This document shows positions 1-13,000 of a DNA stretch of 64,000 nucleotides, piece by piece. The position numbers were made by a program, and so were the translations under genes. Location: assembly GCF_002571385.2 (NCBI RefSeq), contig NW_019218149.1:48180-112179 (forward strand). Reading direction: 5' to 3'. Numbering within the stretch: the first letter of the stretch is position 1; each line of letters starts with the position of its first letter. The notes under the pieces are model-generated. The model ran no database searches. It was not told the DNA's origin and was given only the letters and a program-made list of their open reading frames with translations. The DNA comes from Stylophora pistillata. Taxonomy: Eukaryota.

Positions 1-105
1 ATAGTTACCTGATTACAGCCGGACGACCACTCATATTAATAGTCTCTTTTGGCTTTGTTGTAAATGGCTAGTCGCTTCAATTAATGTCACATTTTCTCCT
101 TACAG

Positions 106-2147
106 TTAAACTTCGAATGTGGATGAATTGTGAGACCATCCCAGACCCTCATCCTAAACGAGAGACATCAAGGACGGTAACTATAGCCTCTCAAGGTACC
201 CAGGCTTGTGTTGAGGAGCTGGGAGTTACTGGAACCTCAGAAAGAACGGATCTAGACACACAGGATACCCAGGCAGGAAGCCACGAAAGGGTAGTTACTG
301 GAGTAAAGCGTAAGGCGGTGGAGCCTGTTATATCCGCTGGTCTACAACGAGCAGGAAGGTCAGAAAACGTCGAAGAAGCAGGTGTTGGAAGCGATGTTGT
401 ACCCAACTCACAACGAGTTATGAATTTCATCGCACACAAGTACTTTCAGACAGTTGACACAACCAAACCAGAGGAACTGAGTGCTTTTCTACAGTATTTA
501 AGAGAGGTACGCAAAGTTCTGGTCCTGGATTCTCAGACAGGAAGTTTGATATTAACAGTACTATGTACTTCACTGGAGATACTGGACGCCCTGTGGTATG
601 ACTATTGCACAGGTCACCTGAATGATATGGCACAGAAATATCTTGTGACAAAGGACNTTCTGAAGGAGTTTGACCTTATTGAGGTGAATATGACGACAAC
701 TATTCAGATGGAGGATTACATGGCGGCACGAAAGTGTTTTTTGCAGGGTTCAGGTGAGCAGGTACAAAATGCGTCGGAGAGCTGCCTTTAACCGAATAAA
801 TGGAGCATCCTCTTTTTTAGTGCTTTAAAACACATCAGCATAGGTTTGCTTGTTATGTTTTTTTTATGCTCTCCCCCCGAACCTGTTACAAATTTATTCT
901 TTCACTAGATTCAGACAGGTCACTATCATTCAAGAGAATGAACAACGAGAGGATATTGTCTCGATAAAATTTTACGCCGATTTAAAGCAAACTTCTTTTA
1001 ATGACCGGCAGAGAAATGTATGGTCATCAGTTTGAGAAATATACTTTATCGATCTGGACCGGAAGAGAAGGGTACTTTATGTGACCCCTCGGTTAGGTTG
1101 CTTTATACTGATTGACAATTTGGTGTTGGGAGTGACTGAAATTCTCAAGAAAGACAGAAATATATTCGTGAATGATAAAGCTTTCTATAATCAATCACTT
1201 ATCCAATTTGATAGGGTCAAGGCGTCTGATAAGGTTACCTGGGGCAGCTGTAGTCCTAAATCAAGCCTATTAGATTTTTCTTTTTATATTTGCTTTCAGA
1301 TTATGGTCCATTTGGCATGAATAGTAGCAGAAGTATGGAAATCGGCCGAGACTCAACATCCTTGGAAAATCTCGACGATATCCCACGAGGACCACTCGAA
1401 AAAGGTTCAGTTAGCTTACCGCAGAGTCACCCGGAAGGAGGTCTTCGAGGTGGCGTGCAAATCTTTTTGACATTACCCATTGGAAAAACGATCACTTTGC
1501 AAGTGAAACCCTCAGACCCGGTCGAGAGTGTGAAAGCTTTTATTCAACACAAAGAAGGAATCCCACTGATTCAGCAACGTCTGCTCTATGCCGGTAAACA
1601 ACTTGAAGATGGCCGTACTTTAGGTAGCTACAATGTTCAGAGGGAATCAAGTTTACACTTACTTGTAAAAATTGGTAGTGCCATGCAAGTCTTTGTGAAA
1701 ACATGTACTGGAAAGACGATCACTTTGGAAGTGAAACCCTCAGACACCATAGAGAGGCTGAAAGAGAAAATTCAAGACAAAGAAGGACTGCCACCTGATC
1801 AGCAATGTTTGGTCTGGTCTGGTAAGCAACTTGAAGATGGCCGTACCTTCAGTGACTACAATATCCACAGAGACGCGACCTTGCACTTAACTTTTAATAG
1901 TGGTATGCAAATCTTTGTGAAAACACTGACTATGAAGACGATAACTTTAGATGTAAAACCCTCAGACTCCACAGAGAATGTGAAAACGAAAATTCAAGAC
2001 AAAGAAGGGATCCCAGCGGGTCAGCAAGGTCTCGTCTATCGTGGCAAGCTACTTAAAGATAACCGTACTTTGAAGGACTACAACATTCAGGAGAAATCGA
2101 CTTTACACTTAATTAGAATACTATGCAGTCTTCATATCACGGTGTAG
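106..2147 (+). CDS. 3' exons (106-753, 1300-2147) of a TRADD-N-like domain + tandem ubiquitin-like domain protein; 5' end probably upstream of the window
   Basis: Acceptor ctccttacag|106, donor cag|gtgag at 753 and acceptor tttcag|1300 are all phase 1, so the exons splice in frame. Exon A has [49 protein letters not shown], resembling TRADD-N-like domains. Exon B has three ubiquitin-like repeats ([28 protein letters not shown]...GK.LEDGRT..DYNI). Confidence 0.75.
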
Positions 2148-2828
2148 TTTCCCAGTGGAAGGAAGAGATCTTTAGATGTCTCACCAAGAGATAATTTTGA
2201 GAGCGTGAAAAAAATAATCCATGATAGAGAAGGGATTCCCATTAATCAACAACGCCTTAGCTTTGCTGGAAAAGATCACCTTCCTCTGAGTGAATACCAC
2301 AATCAGACTGAATTTACCTTACGACTGGATGTGAAACATCAGAGTAATAGGCTTCATCTGAAGACACAATCTGGAAAGATGACGATCACAATGGACACTG
2401 TATCGGGAGATAACATCCGGGACGTTAAAAGGAGAATAACAGAAGAGATGGGAACACCGGCAAATCAGCTACAACTCATGTTTGACAACCAGGAACTTAA
2501 AGCTGAACAGTGCAGTTTGGAAAGCTACCACATCACTAGAGATTCAGCCGTCGAACTTGTTATCAGAAGAAAACATTTTATCAAAATACACTCTCACGTA
2601 TAGAAGCAGAACGGTTTTAAAATCGTAAGAGATGCATAACCGGAGGATAACTTCACAAATATAAAAGGGAAAATTAAGGACATAACAACAACACCGGTAA
2701 AAGAGCAAGTGATCATTTTTGATGACAGAATATTCGAAGGTGACAACAAACTGAGCGATTTTGATATAGAGCATGAATTCGCGCTGTCTTTGATCACACT
2801 TCCGACACTCACAACAATTGCACCGTAA
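2148..2828 (+). pseudogene. Same-frame continuation: three further degenerate ubiquitin-like domains interrupted by stops
   Basis: The frame of ORF 1290 continues past TAG 2145-2147 (FPSGRKRSLDVSPRDNFESVKKIIHDREGIPINQQRL), TAG 2601-2603 and TAA 2637-2639 (PEDNFTNIKGKIKDITTTPVKEQVIIFDDRIFEGDNKLSDFDIEHE), ending at TAA ~2826-2828. Confidence 0.7.
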
Positions 2829-5276
2829 GTTGATTGGATTAAGCTCACCAAAAATCCTAAATTACGGTGCCACATTTTGGAGGACAACGAGATTTTACCT
2901 GATATCACCGGTACCCCAACCTGGAAACGAGAGTGGAATGAGTTAAACGCGATGTTTCATGATCATTGAACCCATTCAGCTCGTTAGATAAATGTGATCA
3001 TGAAGATAGCGCTGATCAGGGAACAATTTTTGAGCCTGCATTTAGTTCCGAGATAGCCAATCAATATGGGATAGTTTCTTGCATGTAGTTAAGATCGTGA
3101 CTCAAATAGATATTTCAAATCAGTTTCCGAGTGAGGACTGGAACTTATCATTTATCACTCGGTAAAGGTCCATAATATAGACGGAAATAATAGGCTCCAA
3201 TCCTTACTCGGAAACCTGATCTAGGTCACGACCTCGTAGTTAAGCTGTTGTGACAGGAAACATTTTAACTACCATGGGAGGGGGATGTTCGGAGGTTTCT
3301 GGTTGTGTCTTAATAAATTATCTGATCCCCTCCATAAGGTTTTGCACTATTTACATGATCTGCCTCCCCCCTTAGTTTTCTTTAGTCACCCCTTTATACT
3401 CTGTGAGCGACAGCTGATAGGCTCCTCCTTTCCCCTTTTAACCATGTGATCCCAAAACCCCCCCACCCTTTCTCCCCTTGGGCGGCAAATAATGACTGGT
3501 CCCTCATCGCTGGTGTAATGAGAGAGACATCAAAATTATTATGAACTTAAATATTTCCCTATGTCAGATCGATGTCGTCGGTAAAACAAATCTTCAATTT
3601 GTTTTGATATATTTCGGCGTCGTAAGACTGAGAAATGACACAACAGGTGTTAAATGTCCAGTTTTCTATTGAAGGAATTGTAGTTCTTCGTTAAATTCTA
3701 TAGTTTGTTTGGATGAATTTCTTTGGATGAGTTTGTTTGGATGAGCTTGTTTGGATGAGAAATTCGAGAAAGAAATACACCTTTAGCTTTCGAGCTTCCG
3801 AAACTTTGGCCCAGGCACCCCTCTCTCCCTCCTCAGAAATATACGAAGAGATAGGAGCTTGGAAACGACGTTTTTCATTTTCCTTGCAAGGCCTTCCGAA
3901 GAAATATTCCGCTGGTTAAAAACCGAATGTATTTAGTATAAAAAAAACTTCTATGGGGTAGGTAAACTTTATGGGGCAAGTCATAGAATGGTGTTCCGCT
4001 TAAAGGTAACTTCGACTCTTAAAACAAAAAGCCTACGGGATAAAAGGTTTAGCGATGTCATGTTAAAAATTACAAAGTCTTCTTGATCAAGCCGGCAGTA
4101 TTTGACGAAAAATTGACACATACTGGAGCCTGTTACATTAGAATGAAGGTTGAACTCGAAGTAAAAAATCGATGCAACCTCTTGATCATGATTCCAAGTA
4201 ATTTCTTTTGTTGAGATTCACTATTACATGGTTAATTTCAATAATAACGAAAACTATATTATGCCGAAACAGTTCAATCGAACTCTTGTTTAATCTCCTT
4301 TTTATATCAAAAACGGATACTCTCTTAGAACCCGCACAATAATCACCGGGAGTTTAATATAAGGAAATCCTATTTCTCTAAAATTGAGAAGTTTTTTCGT
4401 TTTTTCTTCAATTCCTTTTCTTTTCAAACGACGCGAGAAGTGCTTGAGGCGATCTATAATAATATTTATATTTAAATTTTCTGGGTTCATCTTAACAGGT
4501 TTATGTTTACTTAGTCTACAGGGAAAAAAGAAAGCTTTCAGTAATTAATATTTATAAATTTTAAGCAGTTTTTCTCCTTGAGGCGCGTATTATGTCGAAA
4601 TTCTTCACCACGATAGCAATAAGATTTTCCTCAATTCTTTCTCGAACTTTCCCGATAAGACAGCTTGTTTCACGAAAGCTTTCCTTCGCACGGAAATTTC
4701 TTGCTCTGTTAAAGATTATGCTAAAGCTACAATTTATAGACTTTTGATGGTTCTCATTGGGAACTAAATAAAACTAAAACGATACGTTCCTTTGTGCTTT
4801 GCACGTTACGTCATTGCCGCCATGTTGGTAGACGTAAACAATAGATATCTCATTGGCTCCTTTTGTTCGTCCACCAGCATTTGTTCCTTTTACTAATTGT
4901 TACCTGTGTCTCTAGAGATTGGTTGCAAACCATCTCTGGTTAACCTTTGTACGTGTAGCTACATCCTATTTTAGCTCTTAGCAAATAAAATTTTGAAGGC
5001 CATCAAACGTAATGATGAGTTCATTTTGCGTGGTCGTGAGCTGAATAATCCTTTTATCAATTACAGCACCCATTTGAATTGAAGTCATAACGTCAAAATA
5101 ATTATTTCACTGAAGTCAAAGGAAGTCTTAAAATTAACGTCAAAAAAGAAAAGGGAAAAGAGGCTTCTACTAAAGTTCGCACTCAATGACATCATCGCCC
5201 TTTATAATTTAGATTACATCTCAATTTCCCCCGACCACCGGTCTTCGACCCACATCGCGTTCAAGATCACTCTGCA

Positions 5277-5387
5277 ACCAATAAAAAACATTGGATTGAA
5301 ATCGAACGTCATTTTTTGCGTGTTTTTGACGTCACAAGACAAGCACGTATGTCATGAAAATAGGAACCCGAGATCACAGCGTATAAA
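5277..5387 (+). promoter_or_regulatory. Pol II promoter of the CSRNP-like gene: CCAAT/ATTGG boxes, full CRE, TATA box
   Basis: CCAAT ~5278, ATTGG ~5290, palindromic TGACGTCA 5327-5334, TATAAA 5382-5387; ATG at 5472. Confidence 0.6.
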
Positions 5388-5471
5388 TACGAAATGCCAA
5401 AATCTGTGAAACGAGAGCAGTCGGCGCAGTGAAATTTAGACGCTCCTTGTTAGAATTCGCGTTGGTTGAAA

Positions 5472-6068
5472 ATGGGAAAGCGAAAACACAGTACCGATAG
5501 CGGAGAAGAAAGCGACGATTCTTGTAAACGGCTGAAAAAAGAGGTACGATTTGGGGAAGTCACAATCTACCATTTCCCCAGAAAGCAAGGTTTTGTTTCC
5601 GTGCCTTCGTCGGGAGGTACTACTTTGGGAATGGCGAGAAAGCATGTATTGATAGAGAAAATCCAAGTCGATTTTGAAGTGGACGGTGTTACAACAGGCG
5701 ATCGAAGACCCTTCGCACCCGTAGCGCAAAAGACAAGGAAAAATATTCTTAAAACTGCCGGCGTTCGCCGGATTCTCAAGAAAGAAGAACAAGATTGCGC
5801 TCAGCTGAGGTTATCGCGAATCATTTGCGGTTGCAGCTGTGGGGATATTTGTTACCCGCAAACATGTGAGTGTATTTTAAGTGGGATAGCCTGCCAAGTT
5901 GACTACGGCCGCTTTCCTTGTTCTTGTCAGGCAAATGGCTGCCAAAACAATCACGGACGAAAACAGTACAACCCAAGCGTCGTTGAAAAACATTATTTTG
6001 AAACATTCTCCCGGCTAAATGGGCAAACTACAAGCAAAACTGTTCTCCAGTACGTGGGAATAGCGTAG
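5472..6068 (+). CDS. CSRNP: Intronless cysteine/serine-rich nuclear protein (CSRNP/AXUD1)-like protein, N-terminal conserved domain only
   Basis: KKEVRFGEVTIYHFPRKQGFVSVPSSGGTTLGMARKH and the Cys cluster SRIICGCSCGDICYPQTCECILSGIACQVDYGRFPCSCQANGCQNNHGR match the CSRNP family signature. Confidence 0.88.
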   Translation: MGKRKHSTDSGEESDDSCKRLKKEVRFGEVTIYHFPRKQGFVSVPSSGGTTLGMARKHVLIEKIQVDFEVDGVTTGDRRPFAPVAQKTRKNILKTAGVRRILKKEEQDCAQLRLSRIICGCSCGDICYPQTCECILSGIACQVDYGRFPCSCQANGCQNNHGRKQYNPSVVEKHYFETFSRLNGQTTSKTVLQYVGIA

Positions 6069-9000
6069 TAATAGGAGAATTGAAAATATTATTATTTTGA
6101 ATTGTATATTTCTTGATGCATATCGGGCTCATTGATATGCTAAACAAAAGAGCGACATTCTAAAGAACTTAAGGGGTTTATTAATACATCTATTGTGACT
6201 ATGTATAGAAATGTTCCTTTCTTTCCGTGGCCTCGGTTCTATAGCATGTTTTAAGTTATTTATGAAAATTTGATGCGAATGAATATTATTGTCTAAATAA
6301 AACGATCTCTTACTCATATAGTTTGCCAATAAAGCCATTTCTCGGTCAAATGAAGTTAATTTTATCCAGACCTCACCACATTGAGATTTCGTCGGGAATT
6401 TCCGTTTCCTGTTGTGACGAACGTGAGCGTTATTTTTACACCGGAGGTGACCGAACCGACCAGAAATGTCACGAAAAGTCACGCGTTACAAATCTTCATG
6501 TCTCCGGTTTATAAAGTTTATTAACAGGGTGACGAACGCGCTTTGTATTCCTCTAAAGATAAAGCAATAGTGCGATTTCAGAAGGTCAGCGATGAAGGAT
6601 TTTTTTATTTTATTCGTTTTCGAGCATGGGAATATTTTGAATTTTGCTAAGGAGGCGGATATACTGCGATTACGTTAAAACATTCCAATACGTGCCGCGG
6701 AGTCGCTTGAGTGTTTTCCTAAAAATATAACTCCGGTCGATTTTAAGTAAAAAAATCACGTCTTAAATAGGGATTCAAAAGAGATTACCAAGAACTCTAA
6801 AATGGCGTGTATTTCGAGGAGAGTCGAAAAGACAGTGAAAAAAAAATCGTTTCTGATCTTCTTGATATAACTTGCAACACAATTAAACTAGAAAGCGGGG
6901 CTGTTTCGCTGGCGTTCGTGGGTAAAACCTTCAAACTTCATTTCTACTATTTCCTCGTATTCGGTCTTCGATACCCTCTGAAAGGCGAGAAGGGGGCGGA
7001 GGGTACTAGGGTGGCATGGGCTTATTCCCGAACAGGGGCTAGAAATCGAGCCTTGAATTGGGGATCATCGGATTATCGAGGGAAAGGGAGAAAGTGAGAA
7101 ATCTTATTTATCTTGGATCCTGTTATGTTACATAAGAAGACACTGCGATCAGAATTTAGGAACACCCGATCAATCTAACTTCAATGTCCCTTTCCCAGCA
7201 AAGTTAATTTACAATTTTACTTTCGAACATTAATTAGTAAGTTACCACTTACGATTTTGTCCTCATCGCCGGAAAAGGGACTATTCACACGTGAGACGGC
7301 CGCGAGTGAAACACGAGTGTGCGCCGCGCGGGCTCCTGGAGCCATTCTTGGTCATGTGATTTAAATGCTAAGGATATGACTTGTTTGCATAGACACTAAG
7401 AGCTTGAGTTTGGCAGTAATCTTTTGACTGGTTGACTTAGACAGATTTAGACTTATTCCCGGATTGTTTAATGAGATTATGGATTAAATATTATCCGTTC
7501 CTTTCGCCAATCAAAACCTCAGTCCATGAAAAATTGACTCTCGGTTAGAGCTCCAACGCTCGCATTTTTCCAAGGCCAAGGATCAGTATAGATGAAAGTT
7601 GTTCAACCGTTTCGGCTTTCAGATGCGCCTGTGCAAGTAACGTCGTCGTAATCTCATGAACAAATATGGAGTGGACGCTCATTTCGTCTAAGCATAGGAT
7701 TTTCGTCTGTAAAACATGTCGCACTTAAAAAAGCAAAGAGTTCACGTTTAGAATATGTGGAACTGCTTGGAAACGTCAGCAAAGTTAAGTCTTACTGCTA
7801 GTGCTCTGACGGAAGTAGAAATGACGAGAAAATTCGAGAAAAAAAATCAAATTCCCGTTTTTGGAAACAAATGACTTGCTCAATTTTGCCACTTTATTTA
7901 GTTTGGCTCAAATTTCTTTTACGATTTGTTTGTGCATAACAAGGAAGTCAAGCTGGCTGTAGTAATTTTAGTAGTCAATGTAAATAAAGGGCTTGAGGGC
8001 AGTAATTAAGCTATGATAATAAAGTGAGCTTAAGCCTACAAAGCTACGCAAGCGAAATTTTAAATCACTTGGACGCCCCCCCCCCAACAAAAAAAATAAT
8101 AAGGTGATTTTTTAAGAAAAAGAATTAAAGTTTTTTTCTTGAAAATCTCTCTCCCTGTTTTTGTCAATCAATCTAGTAGTATGTATAATCATTGACTTTG
8201 TAATTCTTATTCACTGTGAAATTTAATCAGCACAGGTCAAAAGCGTGTCAAATTTATGCAAAAAACAATGCAGAAAATTAGGAAATTAAGGCTTGGAAGG
8301 AAAACCATAAAGATCAGAAAGAAAATCCTGAATGAAAGAGAATGGTTGACCCTAGCTATTGCTCTGTCTTTGAGCTAAATGCTAAGTGACCGGAAAGAAA
8401 TTTCTCCTTTTAAAGTCAATGCATTTTAAAGGAGGTTATGAGAAGTGAGAACACATCAGCTCGGGAGGGTCGTTTCATTTTAATTCGTTTGATTTAATAT
8501 AAGTTCTCAGAGTTGAAAGTATTGGAGTGTATTGGAGAGGCTTTGGAGAGTTGATATCTTGATTTGAATGGGTTTTAACGGAGAAGGTAACCACAGAGTA
8601 GCCTGGTTGATAAACCTGCTAGGTAAAATCTTAAAATTGCACAAAACTGTGATACATCTCCTCTCCAATTCCTTTGGAGAGACCAAGGAAATAAACCAGA
8701 AATAGAAAGATTTGAATATGTTTACGAATAAACAAATAAAAAGTAGATAAACAAATGACCAGTTTAACCATGAAATGAAAAGCAGCAACCAAACCTTATA
8801 CTGTTCCAGTTTTTGTCTTTGTGGCCTCTATGTTAATTTCGATATGGGTTTTGATTATTACAAAAAAATTTGAAAATAGTTTGTGCAATATCAAATCTTA
8901 CCCACAACTTTTCTGAAAAATTCTAGTTCATTATTAATTAAATCACTAAGTATATTGCATGGGATCATTAAACATCAAAATACTCATACTTCAGCAGATT

Positions 9001-10031
9001 TTCCATCGAAACTGATTAAATAATGACGATGTTGTAGTGGTTGAATTTCTATTTCATAGTGTGTATGGCAGCTGCTCTGATTAATTTTTCGTGAAAGTTC
9101 CATCATAGTGTTGGATGCATGATATATGCAAATCACGGGCTTAGTCGAGCCTTAATCGTAATGCATGTTTACAAACACGGCAAAACTCGTTCTTTCTTCA
9201 TTGTTTCGCTTTAATTTTCTGGTCTTAAAACGGTTACAAGGTTATATACAACAATTTGAATGAACTTCTAAACGTATTATTTTTCTTTTGTCAATTAACA
9301 TTAGTGAGGGAAAATTGTTCGTGTTCGTATGATAATGCAACTAGGCCTATAATGTACATTACTCGCTTCGCAAATCTCCTTTAAAAAAAAAAGCACGGCT
9401 TGTTTATTTAAATATCGTCGATTGTATCTGTCGAATTTATGAAGGGAAGTCAAATTTTCCTGAAGGAATTTTAAATTAAAGTTAATTTACATCGCTTGAA
9501 AACTCACTTCCTTCTTTATTTACCGTTGTCACGTGACGCATTTGTCACGGGCGAATACTTTGGCCGTTTTGCCGAAAAAAACTTCGCTTCCTGCGAAGTT
9601 TGGATTCTACGTGGCGACGTGTGAAAAGCGATTTTTGCTAACTATAACTCCGAGGAGTTATTCCGGCCGTCTAACAAACGAAACTTCGTTAGCTTGTCAG
9701 TTGTGATAGCCAGCCAGTCGTACGGGATTACTCGGCGAGTCCATTTTAGTAGCCAACCGCGTCGGCCATTTTCCTTGTGGTATGGAACTTGCTGGGACGA
9801 ATATTGTACACGTTTTATTGCGCATTGGTACGATTTGGGAAACCGAATAAGCTAGGTAAAGACTTCATTTACGAGCCTGTTTTTCTCTGTCTCTTTTTAA
9901 ACTTTTCACGTTCCCAAGTTGTTTAGGACAAGATGTTATAATACTTGTACAAGCTCAACACAAAACACATTCAATGCACAGAGTTTCTGGAGGAACAACA
10001 TAGCTACCGGAAACGACGTTAATTTTTTTCG

Positions 10032-13000
10032 ATGGCTACAACAAGAACTGAATACGGCAAAGAGAACAGATTCCGCGCTCGTCGTGAGGTGGCGAGTCGC
10101 CCAAAAGTGGAGAACGAAAGTTCTCGGAGTCAAAGCTCAACTGTAGCTGTTCGCAAAAATCTTGTTGACACCAAGACAAAGCGAACAGCGGGCAGCCCAA
10201 ACATGGGAGATGTTAAAGAGGAGAGGCACAGAGCGTATAACAAATTTGGAGCACCTCCGAAAAAGATTATCTCTACCGATAAAACACTTATTTTCCCTCT
10301 AAAAAGTGACAATGTGGTGCGAACGACGAAATCCCGCGATGTGAAATCGGGTATGCAGCGGAAACCGGCGAAAGAGACTGAACAAGCGAATGACAACGAC
10401 AAAAGCAGCACTGAACAAGTCAACAAACCAAATGTCAGCAAACTTAAACACATTTTTGATGAGACTATTGCAAATGAGGCTATTAAAGCACAGCAAACTT
10501 ACAAGAAACCCAGGCCTGTCTCGGAGGCTTTTGACAGATTGAAGGCAAACCATGCAAAAGACACGTCACAAGGTGAAACCACAGAACGATGGTCCTTACC
10601 CAACTATTACAAGAAAACATTACCCCAAACCCCTTCGCACAAGCCACATGTGTCTTCAGGGATTGCTGCAAGGAGGGCTATGTTTGAAAGTGGTGGCTCA
10701 AACGAAGATTTACCAAAGAAGGAGAAAAGGTCACCAAGTTTGCTAGATCTTGTTCCAGATTTGAAAGAGTTAGATGTCAGTCTGCTTGGCAACAATGACC
10801 CTGCCCCTGTGCAAAGATCTCGTACACGATCTGATCCAGGAACCAAAAGACCTTTGTACTTCATAAAATCTCGTAAACGCTTTCCATCAGACACTAAAGC
10901 TATGAATGGGGAGTATCATGATAACACTGTTGACAAGCTTAAGCAATCTCGAGATGACTCTGTTTTAAGGAAGCCGCCAGTTGATACCAGGCGCCTCTTT
11001 AAGTCTCACAGTGTTGATCATATTCATGGAAGTCCATTGATATCAAATTCAGACATAGGAAAGACTATAGAAAGCTTGAGTGAACAGCAACCCTCCTCTA
11101 CAATTCAAGGGGATGAAGAACAATCCTCCATGTTGGAAAAAAGCTGTGAAGCTGAGACAGAAGTCAAAGCTGAGGATCACAAGCTAGCATCTCCCAGTGT
11201 TCCAAAAGGATTGAAATCTCACCGAAAGGAGGAACCAAAGGATGATCTCTTTGATGACACCCCAGGGAGAATCCGTGAAGCTTCTTGGATAGATGAAGAA
11301 ATTCCAAAGGAAGAAACTGCTCCAGTAGAAATGTCACCCATAAGCATTACACCTGGCTTTACATCAGTACCTAAATCAAATATTCTGGAAGATAAAGTTA
11401 ACTCAGAATCTCACCCAAAGCATGACAGTGTGTACTTCCTAAAGAATGAAGAAACCCAATCCCATAATGAAGAAACTGAAAGTTCTGGAGACGAGAGCAC
11501 TGGAAGTGTTGTTGAGCACAGTGATGTTGATGAAGAAGATCGTGCGCATCTTCAAACAGTGTCTCCTGTATCATTACTTTTCTCAGCTAAGCCAGCATCT
11601 TCAGCTTTGTCCAAAGAAAAAGAGAAAAAAGGTAGAAGGAATGTTGGATTTAATTTGGATACTCCTGATCTGTTTCTGACGTACAGTGCTGAGGAATATG
11701 ATAGGGGCAATGATGGTATTGATCCAGTAACTGCCTCTGCAGAGTGGGAATTGGAAAAAAGGGTAGAAAAGATGGACATTTTCTCTGTAGACTTGTGCAA
11801 AGGTAAGCTTAATTCAATGTTGTAATGCTCCTAACCTTTCAACTTCCAGGAGTGATTAACATGTAACTTCTCCCTATAATATCCATACATTATCCAGCAA
11901 ACAGGTAATGAGAATACTCAAATTTATCAGGTAAAGTTTTTATCTTGATCTCATGCTAAATTCCTATAACCAATTTACAAGGAATGAATAGCAGGTAGAG
12001 GGGAGAAATGGTAATGAGATCTTAGGAATTAGAGGTTTATACCTTTTACTCTTTAAATTGAGGTATAAGTAATTTCTCTCAACAATATCAAAGAATTTCC
12101 AAACATAAACATGATGAAGATAAAGAAAAATATCTAATGTATTCCTCTTCAGTCTCCCTTTTTAAGAGTGGGCACTGACTGCAAGCCTCTGTCTTTACAG
12201 ACGTACATGTGATTTAACCAGAAATTCTAAGAATTATTAAACGATAAGTGTATGGCAGACTAGGCAATGCTTCTATGGCATTTGTAGGAAAATTCTAATT
12301 ATAAAGATCATGGTTTTATGCTACCGGGTCCACTTAAAGACCCTTTTCCCCCGCTCTCTAGAGGTCCTTACTGGAGTTCTAATAGTTTTCTTAAAATATA
12401 ATAACTATTTTGTCTTTTCAGATGAGAGAGGTCTGGGATTAAGTATAATTGGTTTAGGTGTTGGCACTGACACGGGGGTGGAGAAGCTGGGGATATTTGT
12501 CAAGTCACTTACAGAGGGAGGGGCTGCTGCAATTGATGGAAGGTTTGTTTGAATTTCTTCTGGATATGTCTCCAGTAAACATTTGTGACATCTTACAAGT
12601 ACTGGTAACCAGGGATTGTAGGGTCTGACTATGCTGGTGGGAAAGGGAAATGGTAAATTTTCCATTACTTAACCCTCTAACTTCCCTTGAGTGACCAGGA
12701 GAGAATTTCTCCTTACAATATCAATGCAATATCAAGCAGACAAGTGATTAGAACAAAGAAGAATATCACTTAAGGGATTATTTGTTGATCCAATGCCAAA
12801 TTCGCCGAAACTAACATCATAGGAATTGTGTGGTGGAGAGTAAGGAGAATTACCTTATATAATAGAAGATTACATGATGTAGCCGTGTCAATATATAAAG
12901 TTAAAAATGATCTGTGCCTAAATAATATTAAGAACTAGTGTGACATTAATAATAATAGATGTAATTTAAGAAACAATGATTTCATTATTCCCAGAGTAAG

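Noticed and set aside
1290-2147. Canonical polyubiquitin gene
   Set aside because: Repeats are diverged from ubiquitin and lack the C-terminal LRLRGG needed for processing.
10130-11800. Several antisense or alternate-frame ORFs over neurabin exon 1
   Set aside because: Shadow ORFs of a real coding exon with no recognisable motifs.
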